Below, one piece after another: positions 1 through 10,299 of a DNA stretch of 64,000 bases; the first letter of the stretch is position 1, and every line of letters begins with the position of its first letter. Both the position numbers and the translations under genes were made by a program. The notes beneath the pieces were generated by a model. The model did not search any database and was not told the DNA's origin. It saw nothing but the letters and a program-made list of their open reading frames with translations. This DNA comes from Candidatus Thorarchaeota archaeon (GTDB taxonomy: Archaea > Asgardarchaeota > Thorarchaeia > Thorarchaeales > Thorarchaeaceae): positions 1 to 64,000 of the forward strand of contig JAEORO010000069.1 in the NCBI GenBank assembly GCA_016840855.1, written 5' to 3'.

Positions 1-1022
1 CTAAGACTATTCTCATCCATCGTCTTTCCATACATGGGTTGAAACTGTCCACCGATTGCATGAATCATTGGAATTCCTGCGAGTCTGTTGAAATAATAAG
101 TCCCAACTATGCTTGCATTGTACGATGAGCCACATGCAACTAAATAGTGTCTTGAAGCCTCTTCGATGAGTTTTAACCAGTCTTCACTTTTAGGACCTTC
201 AAGTATACCTATGACATCCGTAGCAATCTTTGGTTGTTCATTGATTTCTTTAAGCATGAAGTGGGGATAACCACCTTTCTCTGCTGCTCGTGCATCAACA
301 TTTGAAATTTGAGGAGGTCTGTCAAGCGGTTTTCCGTCTTCAATCCTATACACTTTAACATCATTTGGAGAAAGAACTAACATCTCACCATCTGCGAGGT
401 AAATTACATTATTTGTTAGAGGCAGAACTGAGGGGAGATCACTTGAAACGATGGTTGCATCACCTGCAACCCCTGCAACAAGTGAAGATCCCATCTTAAC
501 TGCATAGATTTCATGTTCATCAGCCCGACCTACTGCATACGCATAAGCACCCTTGAGGTCATTAATGGATAGTCTAACAGCTTCAAACATATCTCCAGTT
601 TTTTCGTAATATTTGTCTACTGCATGAACGCAGAGTTCGCCATCATTTTCGGATCTTACTTTATGACCAGCTTCAATGAGTTCATTCTTATACTCAACAT
701 AATTGTGAATGTTTCCATTGTGTGCGCCATAGATGACTTCATCGCAACCAAAATGGGGCTGAGCATTAGCTTTGGTGGGTGCACCATATGTTGCCCATCT
801 TAACTGGGCAATCCCGCGATCACCTTTCATTGTTGACAGACCAAGGAGTTTGTTGACGGCATCAATAGTGCCAACATCCTTTCTGAGGTCCACCTTCCCA
901 TTTCGAACAGCGGCGACTCCCACACTGTCGTATCCTCGGTAGGTAAGCTTTCTACTGCATTTAACAAGAAGTTCACCAATGTTGTCACTTTTCTGCGTGA
1001 CAATCCCAGTTATTCCGCACAA
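1..1022 (-). CDS. glmS: Glutamine--fructose-6-phosphate aminotransferase (3' end runs off the window)
   Basis: Absent from the ORF track. Manual translation from TTG at 1022 gives MCGITGIV (Ntn-amidotransferase Cys2), then YRGYDS, QVRWATYG, NAQPH, HNGNIHN and the start of a SIS domain (VACGSSY). GGAGG lies upstream. Confidence 0.93.
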   Translation of the reverse strand, partial: MCGITGIVTQKSDNIGELLVKCSRKLTYRGYDSVGVAAVRNGKVDLRKDVGTIDAVNKLLGLSTMKGDRGIAQLRWATYGAPTKANAQPHFGCDEVIYGAHNGNIHNYVEYKNELIEAGHKVRSENDGELCVHAVDKYYEKTGDMFEAVRLSINDLKGAYAYAVGRADEHEIYAVKMGSSLVAGVAGDATIVSSDLPSVLPLTNNVIYLADGEMLVLSPNDVKVYRIEDGKPLDRPPQISNVDARAAEKGGYPHFMLKEINEQPKIATDVIGILEGPKSEDWLKLIEEASRHYLVACGSSYNASIVGTYYFNRLAGIPMIHAIGGQFQPMYGKTMDENSL

Positions 1023-1183
1023 TTCCTCAGGAACCTCCCCAGGAACAAGTTTTGATTTTGCAGATTGCAATTAAGAGTTGTGTAGGAGCAACAAGTGCAC
1101 CAAATTCTTACGAATTTGGTAGAGGCGAAGCAATTATATCACTGATGTTAAATCATTGATGAGAGAGAAGAGAGGACCACGCC

Positions 1184-1891
1184 ATGGGAAGGCAGAAACG
1201 TATGGCATTGCTTTTGCATCCGTTCCGGAGAGAATTATACCAGGTGCTATGTGAGAATCCTGGGACTTATCTTCTTGAATTAGTCGATATACTTTCATCT
1301 CCACTTGGAACCTTGACGTGGCACCTTCGGATTCTTGAACGGGAGGGTCTTGTGAAGTCTCTAAAATTCGCAGGAAAACGATTATACTATCCACGAATGT
1401 TGAGATCACAGGAGGCAGAGATGGCATACCTTACGATGAGAAGCGATACAGCTCAGAAAATCTTCGCTTTTATTGTTAATAATCAAGGATGTTATCAGGA
1501 ACAGATGGCAGAGTCTCTTAGTGTGCACCATGACACGGTGAGATGGCATATTTCGAGAATGGAAGAAGTAGGTCTCGTGAAAGTGGTTCGTGAAGGCCGG
1601 AAGAAACGACACTATTTGGATAAACTCGGAGACCTGCTAATGAAAGGTAGTCTTAACACAATCACTGAAGCCTACGTCATGTTCTTGATGGAGAAGCTCG
1701 AGGATGGATGTCTTAACCCTGAGATTCGTGAGTCCACAGCTGATCACGTCACTATTCGAATTGATTGTCCGGAACGTGGAAAGGATTGTTTCATTACAAT
1801 TAATTTGACAGACTGGGAATTCCAATTCATTGATGATGAAGGAACTGAAACCTCGGTTAAGCAAGAACAAGCTGAGGCTGGTAGCCGTTAG
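1184..1891 (+). CDS. Tandem winged-HTH (ArsR/MarR-like) transcriptional regulator
   Basis: Two wHTH repeats (TLTWHLRILEREGLV; TVRWHISRMEEVGLV) plus a small C-terminal domain. Confidence 0.85.
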   Translation: MGRQKRMALLLHPFRRELYQVLCENPGTYLLELVDILSSPLGTLTWHLRILEREGLVKSLKFAGKRLYYPRMLRSQEAEMAYLTMRSDTAQKIFAFIVNNQGCYQEQMAESLSVHHDTVRWHISRMEEVGLVKVVREGRKKRHYLDKLGDLLMKGSLNTITEAYVMFLMEKLEDGCLNPEIRESTADHVTIRIDCPERGKDCFITINLTDWEFQFIDDEGTETSVKQEQAEAGSR

Positions 1892-2652
1892 GTAGTTCCG
1901 TCGAGAATCAACCGAACTCGCTGTGCTATGTCATCTTGATTTGGACCAGGACATACAACTGCCAATAAGCGGGTATCATCTACTCGAGTAATTAAAAGTC
2001 GTAAACCTGCAGAGTCAAGAGTTATTGAATCAGTAACTTCTGAATAGGTCAACCCGTTAGCAAAAAGCGCACTCATTAAGGCTGCCACCTCAACCTCATC
2101 CTTGAAACCTACAGAACCTAATGGAAGACCTTCGATTGTTAGAAGAGCACCTTGTGTCACTTCAGGAATTTCTTCAACAATTCTCCCTAGTATTGTCTGT
2201 TTTCCGAACGCACTTGTTGAACTCATGACTAACTCCATTCTTGTAGCCAGAGATTGAAATGCGGGTACCAGTGATTCAAGGTTTAATCCAGCATCTGCAG
2301 CCCGCGATATCACGACGATTAGATGATAGTGTGGCTGTACAACAGTAAGAATGCGTTCAATACTAGTTGAATGTATTAGATGAGAGGGACCGGGGCTCTT
2401 CAGGTGGTGCATAGCTGATGTTCCGCCCCACACTAATGCTGAAGATACTGTAGCAAGTAAACGGGGATCAAGTTCTCCACCTCGTGCTACGGCAGCCACT
2501 ACTACGCCTTCTTTTGTGCAGAGAACTGCGTTGTTCACAGAACGATGAACCTTCAATGTATTTTCAAGCAGTGTTGCTACTTCACCTAATGTGTCTCCAG
2601 GCATAACACCACAGACCACTTTGTTTATTGGAGTTTTGTCATGCTTCCGCAT
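1888..2652 (-). CDS. Protein with two tandem roadblock/LC7 (MglB-like) domains
   Basis: Two repeats of the roadblock pattern (AVLCTKEGVVVA...LLATVSSAL; ALLTIEGLPLGS...VAALMSAL). The start may be the ATG at 2604. Confidence 0.75.
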   Translation of the reverse strand: MRKHDKTPINKVVCGVMPGDTLGEVATLLENTLKVHRSVNNAVLCTKEGVVVAAVARGGELDPRLLATVSSALVWGGTSAMHHLKSPGPSHLIHSTSIERILTVVQPHYHLIVVISRAADAGLNLESLVPAFQSLATRMELVMSSTSAFGKQTILGRIVEEIPEVTQGALLTIEGLPLGSVGFKDEVEVAALMSALFANGLTYSEVTDSITLDSAGLRLLITRVDDTRLLAVVCPGPNQDDIAQRVRLILDGTT

Positions 2653-2722
2653 TTATAACTGATACTCTTAATGGAAAAGACGCTAGAAGAGCTTTACTTC
2701 TTAGAGCAACAAGTTTAAATCG

Positions 2723-3883
2723 ATGGTCCAAAGCAACGACGTTAATGACCAGGGAGGCATGATTTTGAGCTCAAGGTCAAACGTCATATCGTCCGTAATA
2801 ATAGTAATTTTAGTATTCTCTGCAGTGGGTAGTTTTGTATTTTTAACAAATCAATACGTTCCTTCTAACATTGCAGTCGTTGTAATCGATCCCGGATTTG
2901 GCGACAGAAGTATGGCAGATCACGCTTATGAAGGACTTTACCAAATTGATGTAGTAGTTAATTACGACTTCTATGTTGCAAATGACGTTGAAGATTTGCA
3001 GACCATAATTAATACGCTTGCAGTAAATAGAAACCATGATTTAATTCTAGTAATTGGAACTCAAGTTGGACTAGCAACTGCGGTTAATGTAGTCGCTGCA
3101 GCTAATCAACATCAGAGGTTTGGATTTGTTGGGGGATATGTTAGCCAACCAAATGTAGCTTCAGCAACTTTCTCAAATAAGCAAGGAGGATTTCTTGCAG
3201 GGGCACTTGCAGCATATCTTGCTGTTGGTGATATGAGTCGAAGTGGAATAGTTGGGATTATAGGTTCTGTGAGTGATGATCCAACAGTCGCAGAGTTGAT
3301 TGATGGGTTTCTCCAAGGTATAGATTTTGCAAATCAAACTCTTGGTAATGTTAGTCTGTTGGCAACCCAATACGTCGGATCCTATAATGACTCACTAACT
3401 GCAGAAGTGCTTGCTAGAAATATGTGGAATCCTCTATTAGGTAACGCATCCGTTATTTTTGCCCCAGTACGAGCTAGCATCGTTGGAATCAGAACAGCTA
3501 TGGAATACGCCAACGAAACATGGTTCTGGGACATTCCAAATCGTGAGCCATTTGTGATAGGTGCAGAAGGCGACCAGAGATACATGGGTAATCCGGATAT
3601 CGATATTGCATCTGGACCTTCATGGGTTGTGACGAGTGTTGTACCTCGTAGTGATTTAGCTGTGGTCAGAATAATAAATGCTACACTTTGGGATGAATTC
3701 CTTGGAAATCTTAACTACGGCGGTGAAATCGCTAGCACATTTGGAGGTAACCTCACTAATAATGGCATAGGTCTTGCAGACATGCATGAGTTTCAGGACG
3801 AAAACTGGGTTACAGACAAAATGATCAATATGACGATTGACTATCGCTTAGCCATTATCAATGGCACGATTGAAATCACGTAG
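2723..3883 (+). CDS. BMP/PnrA-family substrate-binding protein, N-terminal membrane anchor
   Basis: Motifs GFGDRSMAD, QGGFLAGALAA, YVGSYND and VTSVV, an N-terminal TM helix, and several N-x-S/T sequons. Confidence 0.85.
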   Translation: MVQSNDVNDQGGMILSSRSNVISSVIIVILVFSAVGSFVFLTNQYVPSNIAVVVIDPGFGDRSMADHAYEGLYQIDVVVNYDFYVANDVEDLQTIINTLAVNRNHDLILVIGTQVGLATAVNVVAAANQHQRFGFVGGYVSQPNVASATFSNKQGGFLAGALAAYLAVGDMSRSGIVGIIGSVSDDPTVAELIDGFLQGIDFANQTLGNVSLLATQYVGSYNDSLTAEVLARNMWNPLLGNASVIFAPVRASIVGIRTAMEYANETWFWDIPNREPFVIGAEGDQRYMGNPDIDIASGPSWVVTSVVPRSDLAVVRIINATLWDEFLGNLNYGGEIASTFGGNLTNNGIGLADMHEFQDENWVTDKMINMTIDYRLAIINGTIEIT

Positions 3884-3897
3884 CGTATGGTCGCTTT

Positions 3898-3930
3898 TTG
3901 GGGGTATCATACCCCCAACGTTTTCTTTTT
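3898..3930 (+). terminator. Stem-loop plus U-tract downstream of the BMP gene
   Basis: TTGGGGGTA-TCA-TACCCCCAA (9-bp stem) followed by CGTTTTCTTTTT. Confidence 0.65.
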
Positions 3931-3946
3931 CACTCCAGGATAACAG

Positions 3947-4597
3947 GTGAGTAAATTGAACATATCTAAGGAAATAATTGTTTTAGCAAAACAGGGAGAA
4001 ACTCTAAAGAAAATTGGACGGTCGGGATGGGCGCTTGCAGGAGTAGACAGAGTAAGACAAGAGTCTGTAGGAGAACATTCGTTTGGGACAATCCTGATGG
4101 CACTATTAATTTCGAAGGCTCTTATTCACCAAGGAGTAAAAGTCAATGTTAATAGAGTTGCAATGATGGCCGCTATTCATGATCTTCCGGAATCGGTAAT
4201 TTCTGATATACCTCGAACAGCCATTGAAGCGGGAGGCGAGAACCTCCAAGAAGGCAAAAGAACTGCTGAGAAGAAAGTAATCCAATCTATTGCAGAGAGG
4301 AGTCCGAGCTTTGGAAGTCGTCTGTTAGAGTTATGGAGTGATATTGAAAAACAGGCTAGTATTGAAGCTCGTGTTGTGCTGGGGGCAGATGTTATTGATA
4401 TGCTAATACATGCTGTTTCGCTGGAAGCTGCTGGTGCATCTCCAGATTTACTTCACCAGTTTTTCATCAATAGTAGGACGTCTATTGAAACCCTAGGGAT
4501 ATCTATAGTTGAGGATATTTTTAGGGATTTGTTTAAAGAACATATTGAACATGCGAATAGACAGGGAATCACTTTGAAGTTCATTAATCTCGACTAA
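3947..4597 (+). CDS. HD-domain 5'-deoxynucleotidase (YfbR/HDDC2-like)
   Basis: LKKIGRSGW, ESVGEHSF, IHDLPE and ADVIDM motifs. Confidence 0.88.
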   Translation: MSKLNISKEIIVLAKQGETLKKIGRSGWALAGVDRVRQESVGEHSFGTILMALLISKALIHQGVKVNVNRVAMMAAIHDLPESVISDIPRTAIEAGGENLQEGKRTAEKKVIQSIAERSPSFGSRLLELWSDIEKQASIEARVVLGADVIDMLIHAVSLEAAGASPDLLHQFFINSRTSIETLGISIVEDIFRDLFKEHIEHANRQGITLKFINLD

Positions 4598-5219
4598 GTC
4601 GAACTGCTTCAATGAAATCACGATGTAGTCCTGAAGCGATTGTTCTAGCAACTCTAACAGGTTCGGGTACTCTACCATCAATGGTTAATTTATCGACTAG
4701 ATTTCGTGCTCTAATGTGACCAATACCTGCAACAGAGAGGTATAGGGAATGGCCAGTCTGAAGCTGAATGGTTTTACGACCACCTGTTTTCTCAAGGAGA
4801 CCAAGACGGGTTTGCCAGTCATCAGGAAAATATTCCTTCAGGTATTTCTCAATTCCATCAGAGGGATGGTAAGAAATGCAGATTACGGGTGTTCTTGTGC
4901 GTTCATATAGTTCATGAATATCAACTATATTGAACCAGGAAATTACTGAGCCTCCAAGCAGCCAAGCACGAATGTCTCTACGATTAAGACGGTTAAACAT
5001 CATGGTAAATTCCTCAGTGGAATCCTTACCACCAATTGAAGGAGTGCACACACTAAATCCATCAATTCTCAAATCTCCTCTCATGACAACTCCTGCCACT
5101 ACACTTCGTGTGTCGTCCTTGTCGAAGCTTTCAGATACTCCAAGAACGCGAACACCTTTTTTCCAACCGATTATTGCTTCTGTTGGTATCTCTGAGTCGA
5201 GTCGATATATTGAATTCAT
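4584..5219 (-). CDS. DUF99 family protein (endonuclease V-like fold)
   Basis: RVLGVSESF, GVVMRGD..IDG, WFNIVD and VPEPVRVA match archaeal DUF99. Confidence 0.85.
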   Translation of the reverse strand: MNSIYRLDSEIPTEAIIGWKKGVRVLGVSESFDKDDTRSVVAGVVMRGDLRIDGFSVCTPSIGGKDSTEEFTMMFNRLNRRDIRAWLLGGSVISWFNIVDIHELYERTRTPVICISYHPSDGIEKYLKEYFPDDWQTRLGLLEKTGGRKTIQLQTGHSLYLSVAGIGHIRARNLVDKLTIDGRVPEPVRVARTIASGLHRDFIEAVRLSRD

Positions 5220-5370
5220 GGTCGATACTCACCATTAAATCATCTGAACATCTATGAAGTAACTAAAGTAGTCTTCTAAAGACCGAATTTGAATATGTCA
5301 TGCAAACTTTATTAATGCGCATTTGTAAGTGACATTCATCCTAGTCGAGAGAGAGCAAAGAGTGGCAGCC

Positions 5371-5754
5371 ATGTTTGATCCAAGTTTCGAAGAGCTGCAG
5401 GGGAAACTAAGACAAATTATGGAGGAAGCCACAGCACTCGCTGCAGGAATTCGAGCATGGATGCTTCTCTCAAAGGAGGGACTACCTATATCATCTGCAG
5501 TTCCTCAAGGGCTCGAAGAAGCTGAGATAGCCGCAATGGCTGCATCAATCTTAGGAGTTGCAGATCTTGCCGCTGAGAGAATGGATCAAGGAACACTAGA
5601 AGAAATTCTTTTGACCAATGAGAAAGGTTTAATGATCATGAAAAGTGCTGGTGAGAAAGCAATACTTGTTCTTGCAGCAAGTAAAGGAATGAAGACAGGT
5701 CTCTTAGTTTATGCTGCAAACACTGCAGCAGAAAAGATAGCACCACTACTTTAG
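5371..5754 (+). CDS. Roadblock/LC7 domain protein
   Basis: LLSKEGLPISS, IAAMAASILG and GTLEEILL. The ATG at 5371 is preferred over the GTG at 5329. Confidence 0.9.
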   Translation: MFDPSFEELQGKLRQIMEEATALAAGIRAWMLLSKEGLPISSAVPQGLEEAEIAAMAASILGVADLAAERMDQGTLEEILLTNEKGLMIMKSAGEKAILVLAASKGMKTGLLVYAANTAAEKIAPLL

Positions 5755-7766
5755 GTATCCAGATAACGAATAAGCCAGTATACTATTTGCAGAACAAATA
5801 TCAAATCTTGATCCGATTTATATAATCCAGATAGAGCAAAATTATCAATGAAATAGTTACTCCCAGTTGCTATGAAACGTCCAGTATTATTGTTTTCAAA
5901 TCCAACCATAACAGTTCGATTCTCATGATAATATGTTCCATTCTCAGCACGTAGAAGCACATCAGCCCAAGCAATCTTGAAGGAGTCACCCGAATAATTT
6001 AGGGAACATCCATTATAATCAAACGAATCTATGTTTTCAGTTATCGTGTGCGGAATCATTTCTGTAATCAATTCGGTAGAGAGTAACCCATTCACTGAGA
6101 TTGTTATGCTTGGAATTTGATCATTATTTAGTGTAACATTAAATAGAGAGAATAGCTCATTGGCATTGTTTTGATCAATGCTCGCATTTGGTAGTCCTAC
6201 TAGGAATAAATTGCCGCCATTCTCAAAGTAATTAGAATACGCACTCAACTGCTGTGGAGTATACCAAAAAATGCCTATCTGCTCATAGGAGAAACCACTG
6301 ACGGTATATGCCCAAGCACACGGATTGAGTACAAACACTGCATCATATAGAGACAAGACATCTAGGGTTACATTTTCAGGAAATCTTAGCTCATCAACTG
6401 CAATACCAACTGTTGTCAACAAGCTATATAGCTTCTTGTATTGTCCATAAGAAGAATCCATAGCCCAAGATGTATGACTGATATCAAAAGCCACTTCCCT
6501 CAATGCCACAATGGCTTCAAATTCAAGTTCAATATTCAATTGCAAATATCCAGATGATGTTATTAATACTGATGCTTCTAGATCTTCTTCGGCATGCGAT
6601 GACTGGACTCTCACCTCAAAAATAAAAGCACCACTTTGATTCACCCATATAGACGAAGGACCAGCCAGCCATTTTGCAGATACGCCACGATAACTCAGAG
6701 CAAATGTGCTATTTGTCGAAGCAAAGATAGACACATGTATTTTTGATGTATGGTTTACAAAATACCGTTCAAAGGAGAAGGGGCTTTCAGTTGGACTTAC
6801 CGCAAAGAGGAGGGGTAATCCATCTTTTTTCTGCGAAAACTCGATGTACAACAAACTTGTGTCTACATCAAGTAGACCAGATCCAACTTGCCATTCTTCG
6901 TATGGGAGATTAGATGCGCCAAGCATTATTGCAGCTTTCACCATGCCAGGTGTCCAAGCCCATTCATTTGTAAGGCAGTTTGAAATAATCTTTGATGCTC
7001 CAGCTGCGACGATTGGTGCAGCAAAGCTTGTTCCAAGTACAGTTTTACCATCTGTTGAAAAATCACCACGAGCAGAGATATCGGGTTTAATTATTCTATC
7101 TCGCAATGGACCTATTGCTGTAAAAGAGTAAGGTGAGTGTGTTTCATCAACTGCGGCAACAGCGATAACTTCTGGATATATTGCAGGTGATTCTATTGAA
7201 CTGCCAGCAACTCCGCCTTGTCCATTATTTCCTGCAGCAGCAACTATACATACCCCCTGACGAAAAGCCCAACGAATTGCATCCCCAATTGTATCGTTAT
7301 AGATTGGTGAGATACCAAGACTAAGGTTGATCACGCTACAATTCTCTTCTAAAACAACCCATCTGATAGCTTCTACTATAGCTAATGGAGTAGCGAGATC
7401 TGTGGAGTCAATGACCTTGGCATTTACTATCGCAGCATCAGAATCTTCTGTTGCGATTATTGTGGCGATATATGTTCCGTGAGAGATACCGCGAGGAGAA
7501 CTATCAGTTGTTGAGTTATCCTCTTCTAGATATCCAAGAGATGTGGTCACAAAGCTCTTAGCAGCCACGACTCGAGTTTCCAGCTCCTGATTAATATTAA
7601 TACCCGAATCAATAATTGCGATTCTGACTCGTAAATCTGGATTAGTATATGTGGGAGGCACAACGTACAATCCTGCAATAGTCGCAATAATGATGAGAGT
7701 GGATAGAAGTAATGCATTACCTCTTCGTCGTTTTGGTTCTAGAACTTCACCCACAGTTAGTCTCAT
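5751..7766 (-). CDS. Membrane-anchored S8 subtilase with C-terminal GATase1-like (GIFT/DUF4350-type) domain
   Basis: Catalytic triad IIDSG, HGTYIA, GTSFAAP and oxyanion AAGNN. N-terminal TM helix. C-terminal FDISH, YDAVFV, GGNLFL and GRFIATG. Confidence 0.88.
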   Translation of the reverse strand: MRLTVGEVLEPKRRRGNALLLSTLIIIATIAGLYVVPPTYTNPDLRVRIAIIDSGININQELETRVVAAKSFVTTSLGYLEEDNSTTDSSPRGISHGTYIATIIATEDSDAAIVNAKVIDSTDLATPLAIVEAIRWVVLEENCSVINLSLGISPIYNDTIGDAIRWAFRQGVCIVAAAGNNGQGGVAGSSIESPAIYPEVIAVAAVDETHSPYSFTAIGPLRDRIIKPDISARGDFSTDGKTVLGTSFAAPIVAAGASKIISNCLTNEWAWTPGMVKAAIMLGASNLPYEEWQVGSGLLDVDTSLLYIEFSQKKDGLPLLFAVSPTESPFSFERYFVNHTSKIHVSIFASTNSTFALSYRGVSAKWLAGPSSIWVNQSGAFIFEVRVQSSHAEEDLEASVLITSSGYLQLNIELEFEAIVALREVAFDISHTSWAMDSSYGQYKKLYSLLTTVGIAVDELRFPENVTLDVLSLYDAVFVLNPCAWAYTVSGFSYEQIGIFWYTPQQLSAYSNYFENGGNLFLVGLPNASIDQNNANELFSLFNVTLNNDQIPSITISVNGLLSTELITEMIPHTITENIDSFDYNGCSLNYSGDSFKIAWADVLLRAENGTYYHENRTVMVGFENNNTGRFIATGSNYFIDNFALSGLYKSDQDLIFVLQIVYWLIRYLDT

Positions 7767-7890
7767 CTTCCCAAGTAGTTTAGTAGCGATTCTAATGTGA
7801 TTTCATAAGTGATATTGTGCATAAAGTCTGTACGGAAGAAGCAATCATATTAGTGATGTAAACCAAACGCTTAACTTCGTTACTAATCCT

Positions 7891-8724
7891 ATGGAACTGA
7901 GGTTGCCCTCTTTGGTCATGGAAGACCCGGACATATATGAACTTGAAGAATCAAGTGGGATTGGCATCTTTGAACCAGGCACACTGTTAGAGAGTCAGGT
8001 CAATGGCAACCAAATGGTTGGCGTTCTAGGGTATACAGCCATAGGTATGATTCTCATGGTTGTAGCAACCGTAATTATCATGCTTCCGCTAATTGGAACA
8101 CCTCTGATTATAATTGATTTCTATAGTGGGTATATATACATAGACCCATTGGCGATGTTGCTCATGACTTTGGCAGAGATTGTTTTCGTGATACCACCAA
8201 TATACTATATCCGAAAGAATGGACTACCGAAATCATCAATTGGTATCAAGAACATGCTTTCACCAGTTGATGCAATTCTTGGATTGGTTGTTGGAGCATT
8301 AATGATAGGTGCGAACATCGCAATGTCATGGTTCATGACACAAGCAAGTGAACCTGCACCAATAGCCGAAGATCTACTGGTAGCTAGAAATTGGCCAGAA
8401 ATGATTGCTTGGACTATCGCAATGGTAGTTTTCGTAGGATTCACTGAAGAACTCATCTTTAGAGGCTTCATGCAACGACGAATGGAGATGTACTTCAGAG
8501 GGCGTGGTACATCAAACTACAAGATAGTTGCATTATTGATTAGCAGCTTCATTTTTGGAGCAATACATCTAGATTTGATTGGACTGCCGACAAGATTTGT
8601 GCTTGGTGTGCTTTTGGGATTTCTTGCTCAGCAACGGAGTTACAGTCTTCTTGGACCATCACTTGCTCATGGAGTGAACAATTCAGTAGTTGTTTTTCTA
8701 TCGAGCATACCATTCCTTTTCTGA
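7891..8724 (+). CDS. CPBP/Abi (Rce1-like CAAX) intramembrane glutamic protease
   Basis: EELIFRG, FGAIH and HGVNN motifs; multiple TM helices. Confidence 0.92.
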   Translation: MELRLPSLVMEDPDIYELEESSGIGIFEPGTLLESQVNGNQMVGVLGYTAIGMILMVVATVIIMLPLIGTPLIIIDFYSGYIYIDPLAMLLMTLAEIVFVIPPIYYIRKNGLPKSSIGIKNMLSPVDAILGLVVGALMIGANIAMSWFMTQASEPAPIAEDLLVARNWPEMIAWTIAMVVFVGFTEELIFRGFMQRRMEMYFRGRGTSNYKIVALLISSFIFGAIHLDLIGLPTRFVLGVLLGFLAQQRSYSLLGPSLAHGVNNSVVVFLSSIPFLF

Positions 8725-8795
8725 AAAAGAACGAGGGATCTGCATAAGTCAGATCCCATGGTTCAACTTGTACGAGTAGAGGAAAAATGCGAAAC

Positions 8796-8999
8796 TCAAG
8801 GTTCGTACTTGAAAGCCACTTTGATGTTAGCTCGGAAAGCAATGATTTTGTTGTCCTTCACTTTGCAAGTGAAATGATCAACATCTATTCCTACAATTCC
8901 TCTAACAGTCTTTGCTGCAACTGCTAGCGCATTTGTACAGGCTTCTTCCCAGCTATTAGGTGACTCTCCAATCAGTTCAATTACTTTAACTACACTCAT
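8796..8999 (-). CDS. Dodecin (flavin-binding protein)
   Basis: 67 aa with KVIELIGESPNSWEEA and FRANIKVAF. Confidence 0.92.
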   Translation of the reverse strand: MSVVKVIELIGESPNSWEEACTNALAVAAKTVRGIVGIDVDHFTCKVKDNKIIAFRANIKVAFKYEP

Positions 9000-9084
9000 G
9001 TGACAATTATACCTCCTTGTGGATAGTATTTATTGTTGGTTGAACCTTAAGGGTCTTACCACACATATGGAAAACTAGTAGAAC

Positions 9085-10242
9085 CTATGCGAGGGTTGTT
9101 CTTCGCGCGAATATTATCCAAGCAATTATTATGAGAGCCAGAGATAATTCCAAGATAATGAGTATGTGACCTGTGAACTCTGCTAGTGCAACACCCTTGA
9201 ATGCAGTGTCAGACATCATGACTCGACCAAGATTGAGAGGATAGTAATCATCCACAAGCCCTACGTCCATAAAACCTGTCCCTACAATTACGCTACCAAA
9301 GAGTAGGAAGAGAAATGATTGGTTTGCTTGAAGTCTTGTTGTTACCAATGTGGATATTAGAACTCCAAGAGCAGAACCAGATAGTGACATGAGAGCAAGA
9401 ACAATATTCATTGTAAGATATTGAGCCCATACGTCAATATTGAACAGGACTTGCCAAAGAATGAGCAGGAATTGCGCCTGCAGCATTCCAACCACAAAAT
9501 ATGCACTAACTTTAGCGAGGATTGCTTCCATTTTGCTTGCAGGAGTCAGAAGCATTCGATTAAGAGGAACATCCCCCACTATTGCTTGAGCTGCTGTAGC
9601 TGCTACTGCAATAAAAACTGCAAAAACGATCATAAAGACACCAAACGTGGCTTCAAAACCACTGGCGCCGGGAGGCTGAAACTCAGAAAACATTTCATTC
9701 GCTATTTCACCTTTTACCCATCCATGATCCTCTCTAAACGCCTGAACAACTCTATTGAATTTTGAAAACACTGACGACTGAATCTCAAAATCTGTACTAC
9801 TGATATGAATGCCAACAAAAGCTGGAATATCGTTTGTTATGTTCCCTTCAAATCCATACGGGATTACAGCATATGACTCAACTCTATTGAAATACAATGC
9901 ATCTAGAGCTTCTACTTCCGTATTGAAAATAACAGCAATGAAATCTGGACTATTTGAAAGATACCAAGTGAAATTCTCAGAAAGATCTTCTTGTGGGAAC
10001 GTGTTGGTTGTATCAAGATCTACTATACCTAATCGAATAGCACCTTCATTTTTCCCTGTTTCAGGAGAGATGCCAATTGCAGCTTGGTTGGTTGTGGCAT
10101 ACATTGTTACCATTATCATGGTTGGAAGAACAAAAACCAACAGTAACGCAAATTTGTCGTTCTGAATTAATCTGAGTTCCTTCAGAAACATAGACCAGAT
10201 GCGCCACAATTTTGTGTTCTTTTTCGTTTCAACCTTTGACAA
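9085..10242 (-). CDS. ABC-2 type exporter permease
   Basis: KELRLIQND, IVDLD, RMLLTPASK..AILAK; one plus five TM helices. Confidence 0.85.
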   Translation of the reverse strand: MSKVETKKNTKLWRIWSMFLKELRLIQNDKFALLLVFVLPTMIMVTMYATTNQAAIGISPETGKNEGAIRLGIVDLDTTNTFPQEDLSENFTWYLSNSPDFIAVIFNTEVEALDALYFNRVESYAVIPYGFEGNITNDIPAFVGIHISSTDFEIQSSVFSKFNRVVQAFREDHGWVKGEIANEMFSEFQPPGASGFEATFGVFMIVFAVFIAVAATAAQAIVGDVPLNRMLLTPASKMEAILAKVSAYFVVGMLQAQFLLILWQVLFNIDVWAQYLTMNIVLALMSLSGSALGVLISTLVTTRLQANQSFLFLLFGSVIVGTGFMDVGLVDDYYPLNLGRVMMSDTAFKGVALAEFTGHILIILELSLALIIIAWIIFARRTTLA

Positions 10243-10299
10243 GGAGTTTTCACCTTACACGTCGTTCTGCTTTTCAGCGAGAGTCCTTTTATGGATTTT

